Assembly: GCF_032062105.1 (NCBI RefSeq)
Contig: NW_026941528.1
Coordinates: forward strand, 1 to 64,000
DNA from: Saccostrea cucullata
Taxonomy: Eukaryota
DNA length: 64,000 nt
Direction: 5' to 3'
The notes under the pieces were generated by a model, which was not told where the DNA came from, did no database searches, and saw nothing but the letters and a program-made list of their open reading frames with translations. Of the stretch, positions 63,932 through 64,000 are shown in pieces. Each line of letters opens with the position of its first letter. Position 1 is the stretch's first letter. The position numbers were made by a program, and so were the translations under genes.

Positions 63932-64000
63932 TCACCGACCTCCGAAACATCAGAGGTGGGATAAGGTATCATGGAGAAGTGAGCATCTCCTGCTGACCGG
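63932..64000 (-). mobile_element. Penelope-like 3' UTR fragment (continues at 61980-62018)
   Basis: CCTCCGAAACATCAGAGGTGGGAT.AGGT...GTGAGCATC.CCTGCTGACC. Confidence 0.75.

Noticed and set aside
63688-63972. 94-aa ORF with WDCSGTA repeats (also 61934-62125)
   Set aside because: Translation of transposon subterminal minisatellite

Overview
AT-rich eukaryotic DNA with introns and two assembly gaps. The repeat families and gene types suggest a bivalve mollusc, probably an oyster (inference). Two spliced minus-strand genes can be built by hand. (1) A 6-exon, 340-aa membrane protein (14776-21274): signal peptide, C-type lectin domain, PAN/apple-like domain, TM helix. (2) A gene of at least 9 exons, about 334 aa (31488-57397): signal peptide, LRRNT, 7 LRRs each on its own 72-bp phase-2 exon, LRRCT, Thr-rich stalk, GPI-type tail. 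This is the VLR-like domain order, and the locus carries duplicated, dead and apparently gene-converted LRR cassettes. One of its introns holds a 5.7-kb Ngaro/DIRS-type tyrosine-recombinase retrotransposon (46016-51722) with A1..B1-A2..B2 split direct repeats, inserted in a (TA)n tract. The element carries an intact SGNH hydrolase ORF at its 5' end and two non-coding stem-loop arrays. One array is five 30-nt hairpins with compensatory changes behind the recombinase; the other is a run of hairpins with different stems but a shared AYAUG loop ahead of gag/pol. The rest of the window is a truncated C1q-domain exon, a probable decayed Toll-like/LRR pseudogene, many Penelope-like retroelement fragments and non-autonomous DNA transposons. 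All calls were made by eye; no database searches were run.
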